DNA of 64,000 nt. Source: Squalus acanthias (Eukaryota). Under the pieces are notes generated by a model that did no database searches, had not been told where the DNA came from, and saw nothing but the letters and a program-made list of their open reading frames with translations. Within the stretch, counting starts at the first letter, position 1, and each line of letters begins with the position of its first letter. The stretch covers positions 167,402,001 to 167,466,000 of the forward strand of contig CM059425.1 of NCBI GenBank assembly GCA_030390025.1, given 5' to 3'. The position numbers and the translations under genes were made by a program. Shown here piece after piece: positions 13,124-25,892 of the stretch.

Positions 13124-15132
13124 TGTGAAGGAATAAGCCATATAACCTATTCAGAAAAATACACAATTCTATGAAAGAATTCTGGCCTTATTAAAACATG
13201 ACAAACTGGAAATCTAGAAACCTAACTATGAAAAAGCTGTGAAAGCATTCTGGCCATAGAGATAAGATAGTTGTTGAAACTGAATCAATAACCTTATTGA
13301 AACAGAAGGTTAAAGGTTCCCGACAGTCTGAATCTTTCAGAACAAAACAATGGTTCACCCTTGTTAAGGTGTTCTAATTTACACTTTGTAAAGAAGCACA
13401 TAAATGTAGAAACATCTGCCTTCGTAAAAATGATATCAAGTAAAACGCACCTGCTGTTACACCGTTTTTTATGGTAAACTTAGAAAACCTAGAGAAGAGA
13501 CAAGGGGGGAGAAATTCAGTATCGCCCCATTTGGGGCGCAATTATCGGCCGGTCGCAAAGATTAGCGCCTGCCGCTAATTATCGCCTCCGAACTTGGCTT
13601 TTATCGCCCCTGGAGGTGATTGGAGCGCTAAATCAGGCGCTTCACAACTGTCTTAAGGCGCAAAGGCCGAGGAGCGAGGCGCTACCTCAGAGCGCTGGCA
13701 AAGCTCATGTGACGTCAGTCAGCAATGGAACACAGACACAATGGCGCCAGCCAGTTCTTAAAGAGGAGGGTTGATCTATCTCTCCATCCACATCCTGCTC
13801 ATTGCAGCCTTGAATCTCGGCCTGGAGAGACCTGTACATCAAATCTGCTGGAAAGAACAATGGAGAGGCCCAGGGAAAGAGCTCAGAGTGCAGCCCCCAC
13901 ATTCTCTTCTAAATCGATACAAGGAAGGGCAAATCAAAATGAACCTGCAAAGTGCTGCTCAGTACCCAAAACTCCTTCACACAGCGTTGAATCTCTCCAG
14001 AAGTCTCTCTCTCTCTCAGAATGTGTGGTGCAAAAATGTCACCAACAAAAAAAGGCAGGAAGCGGTCGCCTTTAAATAGCGCTCCCCCAGTCCCTTCCTG
14101 ACTGCAAAATGCTCCCCTCAACCTGTCGTTGCTAGCGGTAGGCGGTAAGGCAGGGAGCGCCACTCAATATCCAGTCCGGGGCGCTACTGGGGCGTTGCAC
14201 ACTCGACTGACGTCACGATCTGCCAGCGCAGGAGATCGTGGTGGTAGTGTTTAGCGCCACCGCAAAATGTCTAGTAAATTTCGTGAGCGGCACAAACATC
14301 GCCGCGCCCGGGCGCTAGTTGCTTTGCACCCCATTAGCACCCTCTTAAGGCGCTAACGGGAGGCACAAACCAACTGAATTTTCCCCTCATAATTCTGTAA
14401 TGCTACCAGCTGAGGTGACTGTAAGAATTGCAGGGGTCAGCAGAAAAATGACTAGAGGTAATTAGCTTACATCAGCAGAAAACCTTAAAGGAAATACCAC
14501 TGAAAAAGGGTATAAATATTGAACTCTCAAATGGGATAGTAGACTCACTTTAAAGGGGCAAAGCGATTCTCGGCTTCAGAGGTGGCTCTGTAAGTCTCCA
14601 ACTCTTTGTACCTCAAGGATCAAAGGTATTTGATTTTGGTGGATATCCTGAATAAACTTTAAGAACTGTAAAACTCTAGCGAAGTTAAGATTTGAGAGTA
14701 AGGATCTCTGATAATAGAATTGCAAGCTTTCTCTTTTTGGAACTGTTAATGTTGCGATTAACTCACCAACTGTAAACTACATGTCGGTTCTTTAATAAAT
14801 CTATATATTTTTAGAATTGTCTCACATAATACTACTGTATCAAACTCGCAAACTCAATCTCTGTACACTCTTTGGTGAGGAGTTGCAGAATTCTGAGGGA
14901 GTTTTCCGGACCCTCATAATATCCGGAACGTTACAGTCTAGCTAAACTTATTAAAAGTGCTATCTGGAGGACGGTAACATTTTCAGGTTGTTCCTTTCCT
15001 TTAGGGAGAGATGGTCCCAATTAAGCGTCTTTAAGATTCGGCTACCTCAAACTTTAGTTGAAAGTGAACGTCTGAGGAATACGCTGATCCAGGATAGCCC
15101 CAAAGGGGCTAGGACTAGTAATTATCCCTTCA
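13124..15132 (+). mobile_element. Solo LTR family B, copy 2 (contains MITE A)
   Basis: Ends tgtgaagg...cccttca with TSD ggct/agct (one mismatch). A TATA-like tataaata near 14511 and aataaa near 14794 give the orientation. Confidence 0.85.
13504..14387. mobile_element. MITE A copy 2 (inverted relative to copy 1)
   Basis: Reverse-complement homologue of 1826-2714 with the same TIRs; absent from LTR B copy 1. Confidence 0.85.
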
Positions 15133-15924
15133 AGCTTTATAAACATTTATGCTAAACCAATATAAAACACTAGTTCGGCCCCAGCTGGAGTATTGTGTCC
15201 AATTCTGGGCACCACACTTTAGGAAGGATGTGAAGGCTTTGGAGAGGGTACGGAAGAGATTTACTAGAATGGTTCCAGGGATGAGGGAATATAGTTACGT
15301 GGATAGACTAAAGAAGCTGGGGTTGTTCTCTTTGGAGCAGAGAAAGCCAAGAGGAGATTTGATAGAGGTGCTTAAAATCATGAAGGGTTTAGATAGCGTA
15401 AATAAAGATAAACTGTTTCCAATGGCTGAAGGGTCGCTAACGAGAGGGCAAAGATTTAAGGTGATTGGCAAAAGAACCACAGGCAACATGAAGGAAAGCT
15501 TTTTTACGCAACGAGTGTTTAGGATTTGGAGTGCACTGCCTAAAAAGGTGGTGGATACAGATTCAATTGTAGACTTCAAAAGTGAATTGGATAAATACTT
15601 GAAGGAGAATAAATTGCAGGATATGGGGAAAGAGTGGGGGAATGGGTCTAACTGGATTGCTCTTCGAAAGAGCCGGCGCAGACTCGATGGGCCGAGAGGC
15701 CTCCTTCTGTGCTGTACTATTCTATGATTCTAAGATGGCAGCCTGCCACAAGAATTTCTGGCAGTGTGGAAATTGTGGACATGGGCACCTGCTGTGGGGA
15801 TGTAAATGAGTTTCCACTAACTCCACATACTCTGACAGGGTCAGTGCTGGAAGCACTGGTGAGTGCAATCCCACCTTACTGCTGGGATCGTGGTCCGATG
15901 ATTTTTGGGTTCAGATTTCCAGTG

Positions 15925-16510
15925 TAGCGTAATGGCTGAAGGCAGTGCCACCAGCATGGTGGGGAGTGAATAGCAGACCAGAATTGAAAATGTGAAGGTA
16001 CATGACAAGACATAGAGTTGCAGAAGATTGTAGCGGTTTGAATGAATTGAGGTCATGGAAGGATTGGAAGATGAGATAAGGCTTTCATACTGATATGTTT
16101 GGAGACAGGGAGGTCGTGGAGATCAGTGACAACAGGGGCAATGGATCTACAGGACTTTGTGCAGAATTGGATCCTGAACGCAGAGTTTTGGATAAGTTGA
16201 TGGAGCTCCACTAAAGAGATTGTTTCAGAAGGCATGAGTGAACATTCCAACGGCAGTGGCAAGCAAGATACGGGCATAGGTAGATAATAGTTCAGGCTGG
16301 AAGTAGTCAATCTTGGTGATGGACCACTTCTGTGGTTGATGCTCAGGCCAGGGTTGAACAGAACATTGAGATTGCATTCCATCTTGTTCAATCTAAGCAG
16401 GCAGCCAGGAAGGGAGGTTGAATTGGCATTTATGGGACAACATTTTAGGCAGAAATTGAAAAGAATGGCTTCAATCTTGGCGATTTTGAGCTGAAGAGAG
16501 CTTTGGCTCA
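15925..16510 (-). mobile_element. Old L2 LINE RT fragment
   Basis: Translates LQLKIAKIEAILF...NLNVLFNPGLS, similar to the clearer L2 at 61.2 kb. Confidence 0.6.
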
Positions 16511-16710
16511 ACTTATATTACAGCAAAAATCTCAAGGCCACCTTCCAATAAAAGCATAGGTGCAAACTGCATGGAGGGAGATCACTAACCAATGCAATGC
16601 AGTCATTCAATTATTTCTGAAAATCAAAAAGAATTGTGTTGGTATTAGCAGCAAAGCGAAGGCAAGTGTACTGTTCATTTTTGTACACATTTCTTGGGGA
16701 ACTATCATCC

Positions 16711-19616
16711 ATGGTAAAAAGACAAAGTTAAAAGCTCTATATCTGAATGCATGCAGCATTCGTAACATGATAGATGAGTTGACGGCACAAATAGATACAA
16801 ATGGGTATGATCTGATCGCTATTACAGAGACGTGGTTGCAAGGTGACCAGGACTGGGAACTGAATATTCCAGGGTATTTGACAATTCGGAAGAATAGGCA
16901 GAAAGGAAAGGGAGGTGGGGTGGCTTTGTTGGTAAAGGATGGGATCAGTGCAGTGGTGAGAAGTGATATTGGCTCAGAAGATCAAGATGTAGAATCGGTT
17001 TGGGTGGAGATAAGAAATAATAAGGGGAAAAAGTCTCTGGTGGGCATAGTCTACAGGCCCCCGAACAGTAGCAATACTGTTGGACAGAGTATAAATCAAC
17101 AAATAATGGAGGCCTGTAAAAAAGGTACAGTAATAATCATGGGTGATTTTAATCTCCATATTGATTGGACAAATCAAATTGGCCATGGTAGCCTTGAGGA
17201 GGAATTCATAGAGTGTATCCGGGATGGTTTCCTAGAAAAGTATGTAATGAAACCAACCAGGGAGCAGGCTATTTTGGATCTGGTACTGTGTAATGAGACA
17301 GAATTAATAAATGATCTCACAGTAAAGGATCCTCTAGGAAAGAGTGATCATAGCATGTTTGAATTTCAAATTCAGTTGGAGGGTGAGAAAGTTGTATCTC
17401 AAGCCAGTGTCCTGATCTTAAACAAAGACAATTACAATGGCATGAGGGCAGAACTGGCTAAAGTGGACTGGAAAAATAAATTAAAAGACAGTTGAAATGC
17501 AGTGGCAGACATTTAAGGAGATATTTTATAACTCGCAACAAAAATATATTCCAGTGAGAAAGAAAGATTTTAAGAGAAGGGAGCACTATCCGTAGCTAAC
17601 TAAGGAAGTAAAGGATGGTATCAAATTGAAAACAAAGGCATACAATGTTGCCAAGATTGGTGGGAGGCCAGAGGATTGGGAAATTTTTAAAAACCTGCAA
17701 AGGATGACTAAAAATATAATAAAGAGAGAGAAGATGAATTATGAGAGTAAACTGGCAAGAAATATTAAAACAGAAAGTAAGAGCTTCTACAGATATATAA
17801 AAAGGAAGAGAGTAGCTAAAGTAAACATTGGTCCCTTAGAGGATGAGAATGGGGAATTAATAATGGGGAACGGGGAAATGGCAGAGACTCTGAACAAATA
17901 TTTTGTATCTGTCTTCACGGTAGAAGACACAAACAATATCCCAATAATGGACAATCAAGGGGCCACAGGGAGGGGGGAACTAAAGACAATCACTATCACT
18001 AAGGAAATAGTACTTGGTAAAATAATGGGACTAAAAGACGACAAGTCCCCTGGACCAGATGGCCTGCATCCCAGGGTCTTAAAAGAAGTGGCTGCAGAGA
18101 TAGTGGATGCATTGGTTGCAATATACCAAAATTCCCTGGACTCTGGAGCGGTCCCAACAGATTGGAAAACCGCAAATGTAACACCCCTATTTAAGAAAGG
18201 AGGGAGACAGAAAGCAGGAAACTATAGACCAGTTAGCCTAACATCTGTCATTGGGAAAATGCTGGAGTCCTTCATTAAGGAAGCAGTAGCAGGGCATTTG
18301 GAAAATCATAATGCAGTCAAGCAGAGTCAGCATGGTTTTATGAAAGGGAAATCATGTTTAACAAATTTGCTGGAGTTCTTTGAGAATGTATCGAGCAGGG
18401 TGGATAAGGGTGAGCCAGTGGATGTGGTGTATTTGGATTTCCGGAAGGCATTCGATAAGGTGCCACATAAAACGTTACTGCACAAGATAAGAGCTCACGT
18501 AGTTGGGGGTAATATACTAGCATGGATAGAGAATTGGATAACTAACAGAAAGCAGAGAGTTGGGATAAATGGGTCATTTTCCGGTTGACAAATGGTAACT
18601 AGTGGGGTGACACAGGGATCAGTGCTGGGGCCTCAACTATTTATAATCTACATTAATGACTTGGATAAAGGGACCGAGTGTAATGTAGCCAAGTTTGCGG
18701 ATGATACAAAGATGGGTGGGAAAGCAAGTTGTGCAGAGGACTCAAAGAATCTGCAAAGGGGTATAGACAGGCTAAGTGAGTGGGCAAACATTTGGCAGAT
18801 GGAGTATAATGTGGGAAATTGCAAGGTTATCCACTTTGGCAGGAAAAATAAAAAAGCAAATTATTATTTAAATGGAGAGAGATTACAAAATGCTACAGTT
18901 CAGAGGGGTCCTTGTGCATGAAACATAAAAAGTTAGCATGCAGGTAGAGCAAGTAATCAAAAAGGCAAATGGAATGTTGGCCTTTATTGCAAGGGGGTTG
19001 GAGTATAAAAGTAGGGAAGTCCTGCTACAACTGTACAGGGTATTGGTGAGACCACACCTTGAGTACTGCATACAGTTTTGGTCTCCTTATTTAAGGAAGG
19101 ATATACTTGCATTGGAGGCAGTTCAGACATGATTCACACGGTTGATTCTTGAGATGAGGGGGTTGACTTATGAAGAAAGGTTGAGCAGACTGGGTCTATA
19201 CTCATTGGAATTTAGAAGAATGAAAGGTGATCTTATTGAAACATACAAGATACTGAGGGGGCTCGACAAGGTAGATGCAGAGAGGATGTTTCCCCTCGTG
19301 GGGAAATCTAGAACTCGGGGGCACAGTTTTAGAATAAAGGGTCGCCCTTTTAGAACCAAGATGAGGAGAAATTTCTTCTCTCAGAGGGTCATAAATCTGT
19401 GGAATTCTCTGCCCCAGAGAGCCGTGGAGGCTGGGTCATTAAATACATTTAAGGTGGAGATAGACAGATTTTATACAAATAAGGGAGTGAATGGTAATGG
19501 GGAGCGGGCAGGGAAGTGGCTTTGAGCCCAAGATCAGCCATGATCTTATTGAATGGCGGAGCAGGCTCAAGGGGCCAAGTGGCCTATTCCTGCTCCTATT
19601 TCTTATGTTCTTATGG
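16711..19616 (+). mobile_element. CR1 LINE with nearly complete ORF2 (APE + RT) and few lesions
   Basis: Long ORFs 16560-17495 and 17626-18588 with APE and RT motifs; tail ttcttatgttcttatg. Confidence 0.93.
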
Positions 19617-19866
19617 CACAAACCTAAGTTCGTAACTCCTGGCACTCTAGGAAATACCATTTCAAGCATTGTGCACAAACATTGCCATTTTGTACACAGC
19701 TGCTCATTGTGCCCAAACTGCATGGTACACCAATTTTTGCAGGTTGAGGTAAACAGAAGCTGAGGCATCCAGGCTATAGTGCTCCTCTGCTGTTAATGGC
19801 TTTCTCAGGAGTGGGGTGTGGGGGGAGGAAATATATAGAGGGTAGCCCTGGTGTCTTAAGAACCAT

Positions 19867-21525
19867 TGTAAGGGGTGACCTGCGGCTCTGTGCTTAGCCT
19901 GGGTGCTAGTGCGAGGTTAGGCCTTGTTGCCTGTTCTGGTCTCCAGCCAGCCTGGTAACACTAGACACCTGTGAGTGGTTCGACCCACTCGCCCTTACGG
20001 TCCTGACACTGGACTTAGGTGCGAGAGCAATAATGCAGAGAAAACTCAGGTAGACCCGGTTGAATAGTGCGAAATGGAAAATCTTTATTGCATATTATTC
20101 AAGATTACGAGATACATGTCATAAGCACAGATTAATGACAGTACAATCTTACACACAGTTATGTAACTAATTTTAGGGAAACGAGGAGCGCATGACACAT
20201 CGTAAAAAGGGACACACATTATACTTATCCTTAAAACTTAAACCCTCCCCTATCAATACCTGTCCTAATTTAGATTTGTAGGATCGAGACTCATGCTCAC
20301 CACTCGTGATAACTCGGAGAATTCCGAAACTCTGCTCGGATGTTTTTACCGCAGCACCTGACTATCCACGTGTTGATCAGGGGTCTCTGTACCCCACTTG
20401 TTTACTCGTCTCTGCTCCGGCTAGCAGGCTGGACCATCTGCTGTCATGAAGATCTGTGTTGTCCTCGGAGTTCCGATACTACTTGAAAAAGAGTCTTCCT
20501 GTGCCCTCACCAGTTTGTAAAACTAAAAGAATGGTCTTCCTGGGCAAGGAAGTGTTTATTCGACTTACAGGCGCGGTCGGGGCTTACTGACCGTGGCGAT
20601 ACGTATTGTCGTCTTCTTCTCTTCTCATCTCATCTCATCTCATCTCATCTCCTCTCGGGGCTTCGGTTCCAACACCGTTTACCGACTTCTCGGGATGGTG
20701 TGCCCGTTTCAAGGCCTCACAGCCCAGTTCTACACAGATCTTCGCGGCAAGCCACGAGGTTGATCCTAGCGGATCAGAGTCCAGAGCCGTCAGGCAAGAG
20801 AATAAAAGTTCAACAGTCTTCCAGCGAGTCAAAGCAGCAAGTGCAAGAAGCAAGAGACAGCAGTCAGCAGCAAGAGTAGCAAGCGAAGAGAGCGAGATGG
20901 ACGGTTGTACCTTACAGTTATAGTGCTGTAATTCCTCCTTTTCCCGCCCAATCTTAATGTCTATCTTTTGTCAGGGTTTTGGCGCTCAAACTTCTTGTAT
21001 AGGGTGATCTCCGTTTTTAATGGGTTTCGGTGATACTTGTAACTGTCTGAGTACCCGTTAATACTTCTCCCATTGTGGAACCGGCTAGTAGTCTCCCTGG
21101 AGGGGTTTTGGGGCTTCCAAATGCTTTCTGTAACTACCCGCAAACGGCTCTCTCATCGTAGAGTCGTGGGGATTTTGCATATTAATGTCTTTGGATGGGT
21201 TCTTGATCGCTCGGTACAATAGCCCTTATTCGCACCTGGGAGACCGATTCCAGTATTTATGTATAAAATGCAAACCCATCATGTCTTGTCAATTATCTCA
21301 AATGTGCTGAGTCCTGTACGATCTTGCACAAATGTTTATTGGAACGCCATCTTGTCTGCCCATTGAAAGTCTAGAACGTTCTTGCATGAGGCGTGGTGGC
21401 CATTTTACAGGCTGATTGTGTCCGCTTTGAAACCTGACAGCATTCTGCTGAAATAAAGCTGTTTGTACGAAACTTTATGTCTCCTTCTTATTTTATAAAA
21501 TCGCGATAATTTTGCGAATTCTACA
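19867..21525 (-). mobile_element. Solo LTR family C (1659 bp)
   Basis: Ends tgta...taca with a perfect 4-bp TSD ccat (19863-19866 / 21526-21529). Minus-strand AATAAA near 20084; no recognisable coding content. Confidence 0.8.
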
Positions 21526-22336
21526 CCATCCTCCTAGTCTTTCTTCTCCCTCAAATAATTTGGCCACTGTTGGCTGCCATACAATGAACACATCATGGAT
21601 AATGACTATTGACATCCATTTCTGTGGTTAGATCTCACCTGAATATCGATTGGGTGAAAAACATTTCTCTTCATGGAGGCCATGGGTTTGATACAATGAG
21701 ACCTGGTGCTCACATGAATAACATGTGTTCTCTTTGCACTCAAGGGAACCCTGCCATCTGGTAAAAGATGTGCACCCTGTCCGTCTGATGCCTCCTTTCT
21801 ATAGGAAATGTGATGGAGGTGTTACCCTTTGCAAACATGGCACTGGAGCATTCTCTGGCCCTATCACCACCACCCCCCACCCCTCCACCTCCTAACTCTA
21901 CACCTACCCTTCTCTCACTTCGCAATTTCCACTCATCATTACACCAAACTCATTTTTTTCAAAAAGTTCAAAAGATGTTAAAATTCTACCTCCTTCCATC
22001 CAACCTCCTGACTACTGTAGGATTCGTTCCTACCCCCAATGGTAAAAATTGGACGATGAAATATAAAAACCCAGAACTGCACAGCCCGCAAAAAGAGCTG
22101 GCCAATAATAGGGTTAATTTAGACATTGCGGCCGAATTGCTATACAAAGGTTTTCTGCCTAGGGAAGATACAAGAACATTTGCATATTCATTTACTTTAA
22201 GGGGTTACATTGTTAAAGAAGCACACTTTGGACCATGGCTCCAGAAAAGCTGGTATCAGTGCAGGCCTAGACAATGGGCCGGGCCCTGAACCATTTGAAT
22301 ACGAATGCTAACAGAAACCAACAATTAGCATATGCA

Positions 22337-23711
22337 AAATAACAACAGAAAACGCTGGAAAAACTCAGCAGGCGAGGCAGCATCCGTGGAGAGAGAAACA
22401 GAGTTAACGTTTCAGGTCGAAGACCTTTCATCAGAACTGGAGACAGCAGGAAATCAAATAGATTTAAAGCAAGGATAAAGCTGGGAAAAGGGGGAGGGGA
22501 TAAAAGAACAAAAGGAGAGATTAAGTGACATTAAGAGACATCAAGGCAAGAGGTGGTGTTAATGTGACAGGTTAAGGCTAAATGAAGTGTGAAATGCAAT
22601 GGCAGAATGAAGGACAGCTGCCAGCTTCTAGGAGGAAAAAAAAAAGTGGGGGGGGGGGCAAATAAAAGGGTGGATGAGAAAATAAAATATAAATGTGATG
22701 GGGCTAAGGTTATGATCTAAAATTGTTGAACTCGATATTGAGTCCAGAGGGCTGTAGCGTGCCTAAACGAAAGATGAGGTGCTGTTCCTCGAGCTTACGC
22801 TGCGCTTCCGTGGAACAGTGTAATAGGCCGAGGACGGTGAGGTCAGAGTGGGAGTGAAGCGGTGAATTAAAGTGACAGGCGACCGGGAGCTCGGGGTCCC
22901 CCTTACGGACTGAACGGAGGTGTTCCGCAAAGCGGTCACCCAATCTGCGTTTGGTCTCCCCAATGTAGAGGAGACCACATCGTGAGCAGCGAATACAGTA
23001 TACTAAATTGCAGGAAGTACAAGTAAATTGCTGTTTCACCTGGAAGGGGTGTTTGGGGCCCTGGACAGTGGGAAGAGGGGAGGTATAAGGGCATGTGTTG
23101 CATCTCCTGCGCTTGCACGGGAAGGTGCCGGGCGAAGGGGAAGGGGTGCTGGGGGTGGTAGAGGAGTGGACTAGGGTGTCGCAGAGGGAGCGGTCCCTGC
23201 GGAATGCTGAAAGGGGAGGTGAGGGGAAGATACGTTTGGTGGTGGGATCACGCTGGAGGTGGCGGAAATGGCGGAGGATGATCCGTTAAATGTGGAGGCT
23301 GGTGGGGTGAAAGGTGAGGACAAGGGGAACTCTATCGTGGTTCCGGGAGGGAGGGGCAGGGGTGAGGGCAGAAGTGCGGGAGATAGAACGGACACGGTCG
23401 AGGGCCGTGTCGACCACGGTAGAGGGGAATCCTCGGTTGAGGAAAAAGGAAGACATGTCGGAAGCACTGGTATGGAAGGTGGCATCGTCAGAGCAGATGC
23501 GGCGGAGACGGAGAAACTGGGAGAATGGAATAGAGTCCTTACAGGAGGCGGGGTGGGAGGAAGTGTAGTCCAGGTAGCTGTGGGAGTCAGTGGGCTTGTA
23601 GTGAATGTTAGTCAATAACCTATCCCCAGAGATGGAGACGGAGAAGTCGAGGAAGGGAAGGGAAGAGTCGGAGATGGACCATGTGAAGGTGAGGGAAGGG
23701 TGGAAATTGGA
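22337..23711 (-). mobile_element. 5'-truncated Penelope-like retroelement (RT thumb, Cys linker, GIY-YIG endonuclease, 3' pLTR)
   Basis: One reading frame (23711-22710) with a single internal TAA at 23286-23288: LPFLD...HYKPTDSHSYL...CKRRRCNTC...VYCIRC..CGLLYIGETKR...GLN. Flanked by a 10-bp direct repeat agcatatgca (22327-22336 / 23712-23721). Confidence 0.9.
22402..22438 (-). ncRNA. Minimal hammerhead ribozyme motif in the Penelope 3' region
   Basis: AGUU-CUGAUGA-A-AGGUC(UUC)GACCU-GAA-ACGU-U-AACU: both core boxes, a 5-bp stem II, a 4-bp stem I and a palindromic stem III. Confidence 0.75.
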
Positions 23712-24769
23712 AGCATATGCAGTCACCTTGGGAAGGTTGCATTGTCAGAAAGAACCTCAATACAGACAGTCGGTGCCCAAGTAATCAATGGACAATACGA
23801 GGGACAATTAGCCATCAAGAGTTCTCTGCTAGAGACATTCACACATTTTGATACAGCCATCATGTGCACAGGAGGGGCCAGGAAATGTGTTTCAAGATAT
23901 TGCAAGTTTTTGGTTTAAAATAAAGCCACATCGAAGAGAGTCGTCATCGGGAGCTAACACAAGAACATCGAGCAGAAGGATTCAGGCCGACAATCAACTC
24001 CAGGAGACAGCCGATCGGGAGTGGTGATTGTATGTTTCAGTCAAATCATAGAGGGGGCTTTTGTGATTGAGTCCGAGTGAGTTTGTAAGTTTCAGTCAGA
24101 TCACAATAAGGGTTTTGTGATTGAGTCTGGGTAACTTTATATGTAACAGTCAAATCGCGGACGGGTTTAACTGTGTCATATTGTGTCGATGCAAATGACC
24201 CTTGCATAGGGGTTTGTATTTTAGGGTTGTTAGTCTAGTATAAATTGTAGGGATTTATACTGGGGAAATAATTGTGTGTGTGTGTTCAATAAACGAACGA
24301 ATCAAAGGTTGAGCCAAAATCCTGTGGCATGTGTATTTTGTTCTTATAAATCCTGAAGTCCAAGAACTGTGTGTAACGGAGGACCAGTATCGGAGAAAAC
24401 CCCTTACACTACCCAACTCTTGCATCTCAGCCTCATGTTCACTGGCATTGTTGACTTTTTCCTATCCTCTAGATTCATCGGCTCCTAAAATCTCCTCATA
24501 ACTCAGTCCTCTGACGATAGGGAGTAGCCTTTTGGTTCTATACTGTTCCACTTCCAGAGTTTGGTTGTTTCCCTTGTGCCTTGGTAACCAGAAGTGAATT
24601 CAAGGTGTAGACCGACAAGAGAATCCTACAGGTTCAACATAGGGACCCCCCTTTCAATCCACCCCCACAAGAGCCTAAAAGAAATGGTGCCCAGCCCCCC
24701 AACAATGGTCAAAAAATAAAAAACTGCAGATTCTGGAAATCTGAAACAAGAACAGAAAATCCACAGATG

Positions 24770-25028
24770 CTGACTGAGATGAGAAGGAATTTCTTCATAC
24801 AGAGGGTTCTTTGGAATTTTCTACCCCAAAGGGCTGTGGATGCTGAATCATTGAGTATATTCAAGGCTGAGATAGATAGATGTTTGGACTCTAGGGGAAT
24901 CAAGGGACATGGAGATCGGGTGAGAAAGTGGCATTGAGGTCGAAGATCAGCCATGATCTTATTGAATGGCGGAGCAGGTTCGAGGGGCCGTATGGCTGAC
25001 TTCTGCTCCTAATTTTTATGTTCTTATG
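24770..25028 (+). mobile_element. CR1 3' end
   Basis: Matches the 3' UTR of the other CR1 copies; tail ttatgttcttatg. Confidence 0.85.
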
Positions 25029-25892
25029 ATAGCATTGTGGTCACATTGGTGACTTTGACCAGGGCAGTCGCAGTATCATGAATTTTGTACTTTCAAAAGA
25101 TTTGAAAGAGACATGTGAAGACACAGTCTATCTGTGTCATATCACATTTTCACTGTCTAGGCTCTGGTGTGCTTGCATATGCAGCCTTATCATAGAACAG
25201 ATCTGGATCACTGTGAATGCAGTAGAAACATCTACACAGCTCTGATCTTATCTTTGTGTATAAGCCAGAGACAGGCAGAAGTCTCACTGGGTAACAAATG
25301 TCAGTAAAGAAATAAATTAACAATGGCTGTACTTGTGAGTGCTGCCTCTAACAAAAGCACAAAAATGGATCCCTGGAATAAGGATAGATGCATAAGGGCT
25401 GAAAATTGTCAGGTTGCAATCCCACCAGTGCCCCCTCCCCACTGCCAAGGTTTGCAGGGTCAGTGGAAGGGCACCTCATTACCATGGGGCAGGTAGGTGC
25501 ACGTGCCACTTCGTGTGCACCCATTTTCCTAGATTAAGGTTCATCCTATATGCCTGGTGGGCTCCCTGCAGGATTCCCACTGTCAAGAGGGAGATTCTCA
25601 GTACCAGGTTAGCAAATTCAGAGAAGGTGGCGATGGACTTTAAAGGAGCAGATGCGCCCCAAAAATGGCAGCAAGGCATCCATTGATGGCCTTGGCCCGA
25701 TTTGAAGGAAGAGGAGGCCACAAGGTACTCTCCCTCTCCTGGGGGAGCCTGGGGCCTTTACTACCGCATCCTGGAGCCTAACACCAGCTTTCACATGGCA
25801 GTCCAGGATCGAGCCCCATGTCCCTGTTGCCATTTTCATGAATTGGGTGGGGAAGGAAAATCCTGGTCTGGGTTGTGAGGCAGTGAAAATTT

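Larger units (their letters stand above)
12002..15732 (+). mobile_element. 5'-truncated CR1 LINE interrupted by solo LTR B copy 2
   Basis: RT motifs on both sides of the insertion; tail ctattctatgattcta. Confidence 0.88.
22016..24408 (+). mobile_element. Solo LTR family D (about 1.0 kb net), split by a Penelope-like element
   Basis: Ends tgtagg...ccttaca with a perfect TSD ctac (22012-22015 / 24409-24412); aataaa near 24288. Confidence 0.8.

Noticed and set aside
16560..19525. Possibly active CR1 element
   Set aside because: ORF2 is broken by several stops and frameshifts, and ORF1 is absent.
20626..20650. (tctca)n repeat and various poly-G runs elsewhere
   Set aside because: Short simple repeats with no spacer structure; not CRISPR-like.
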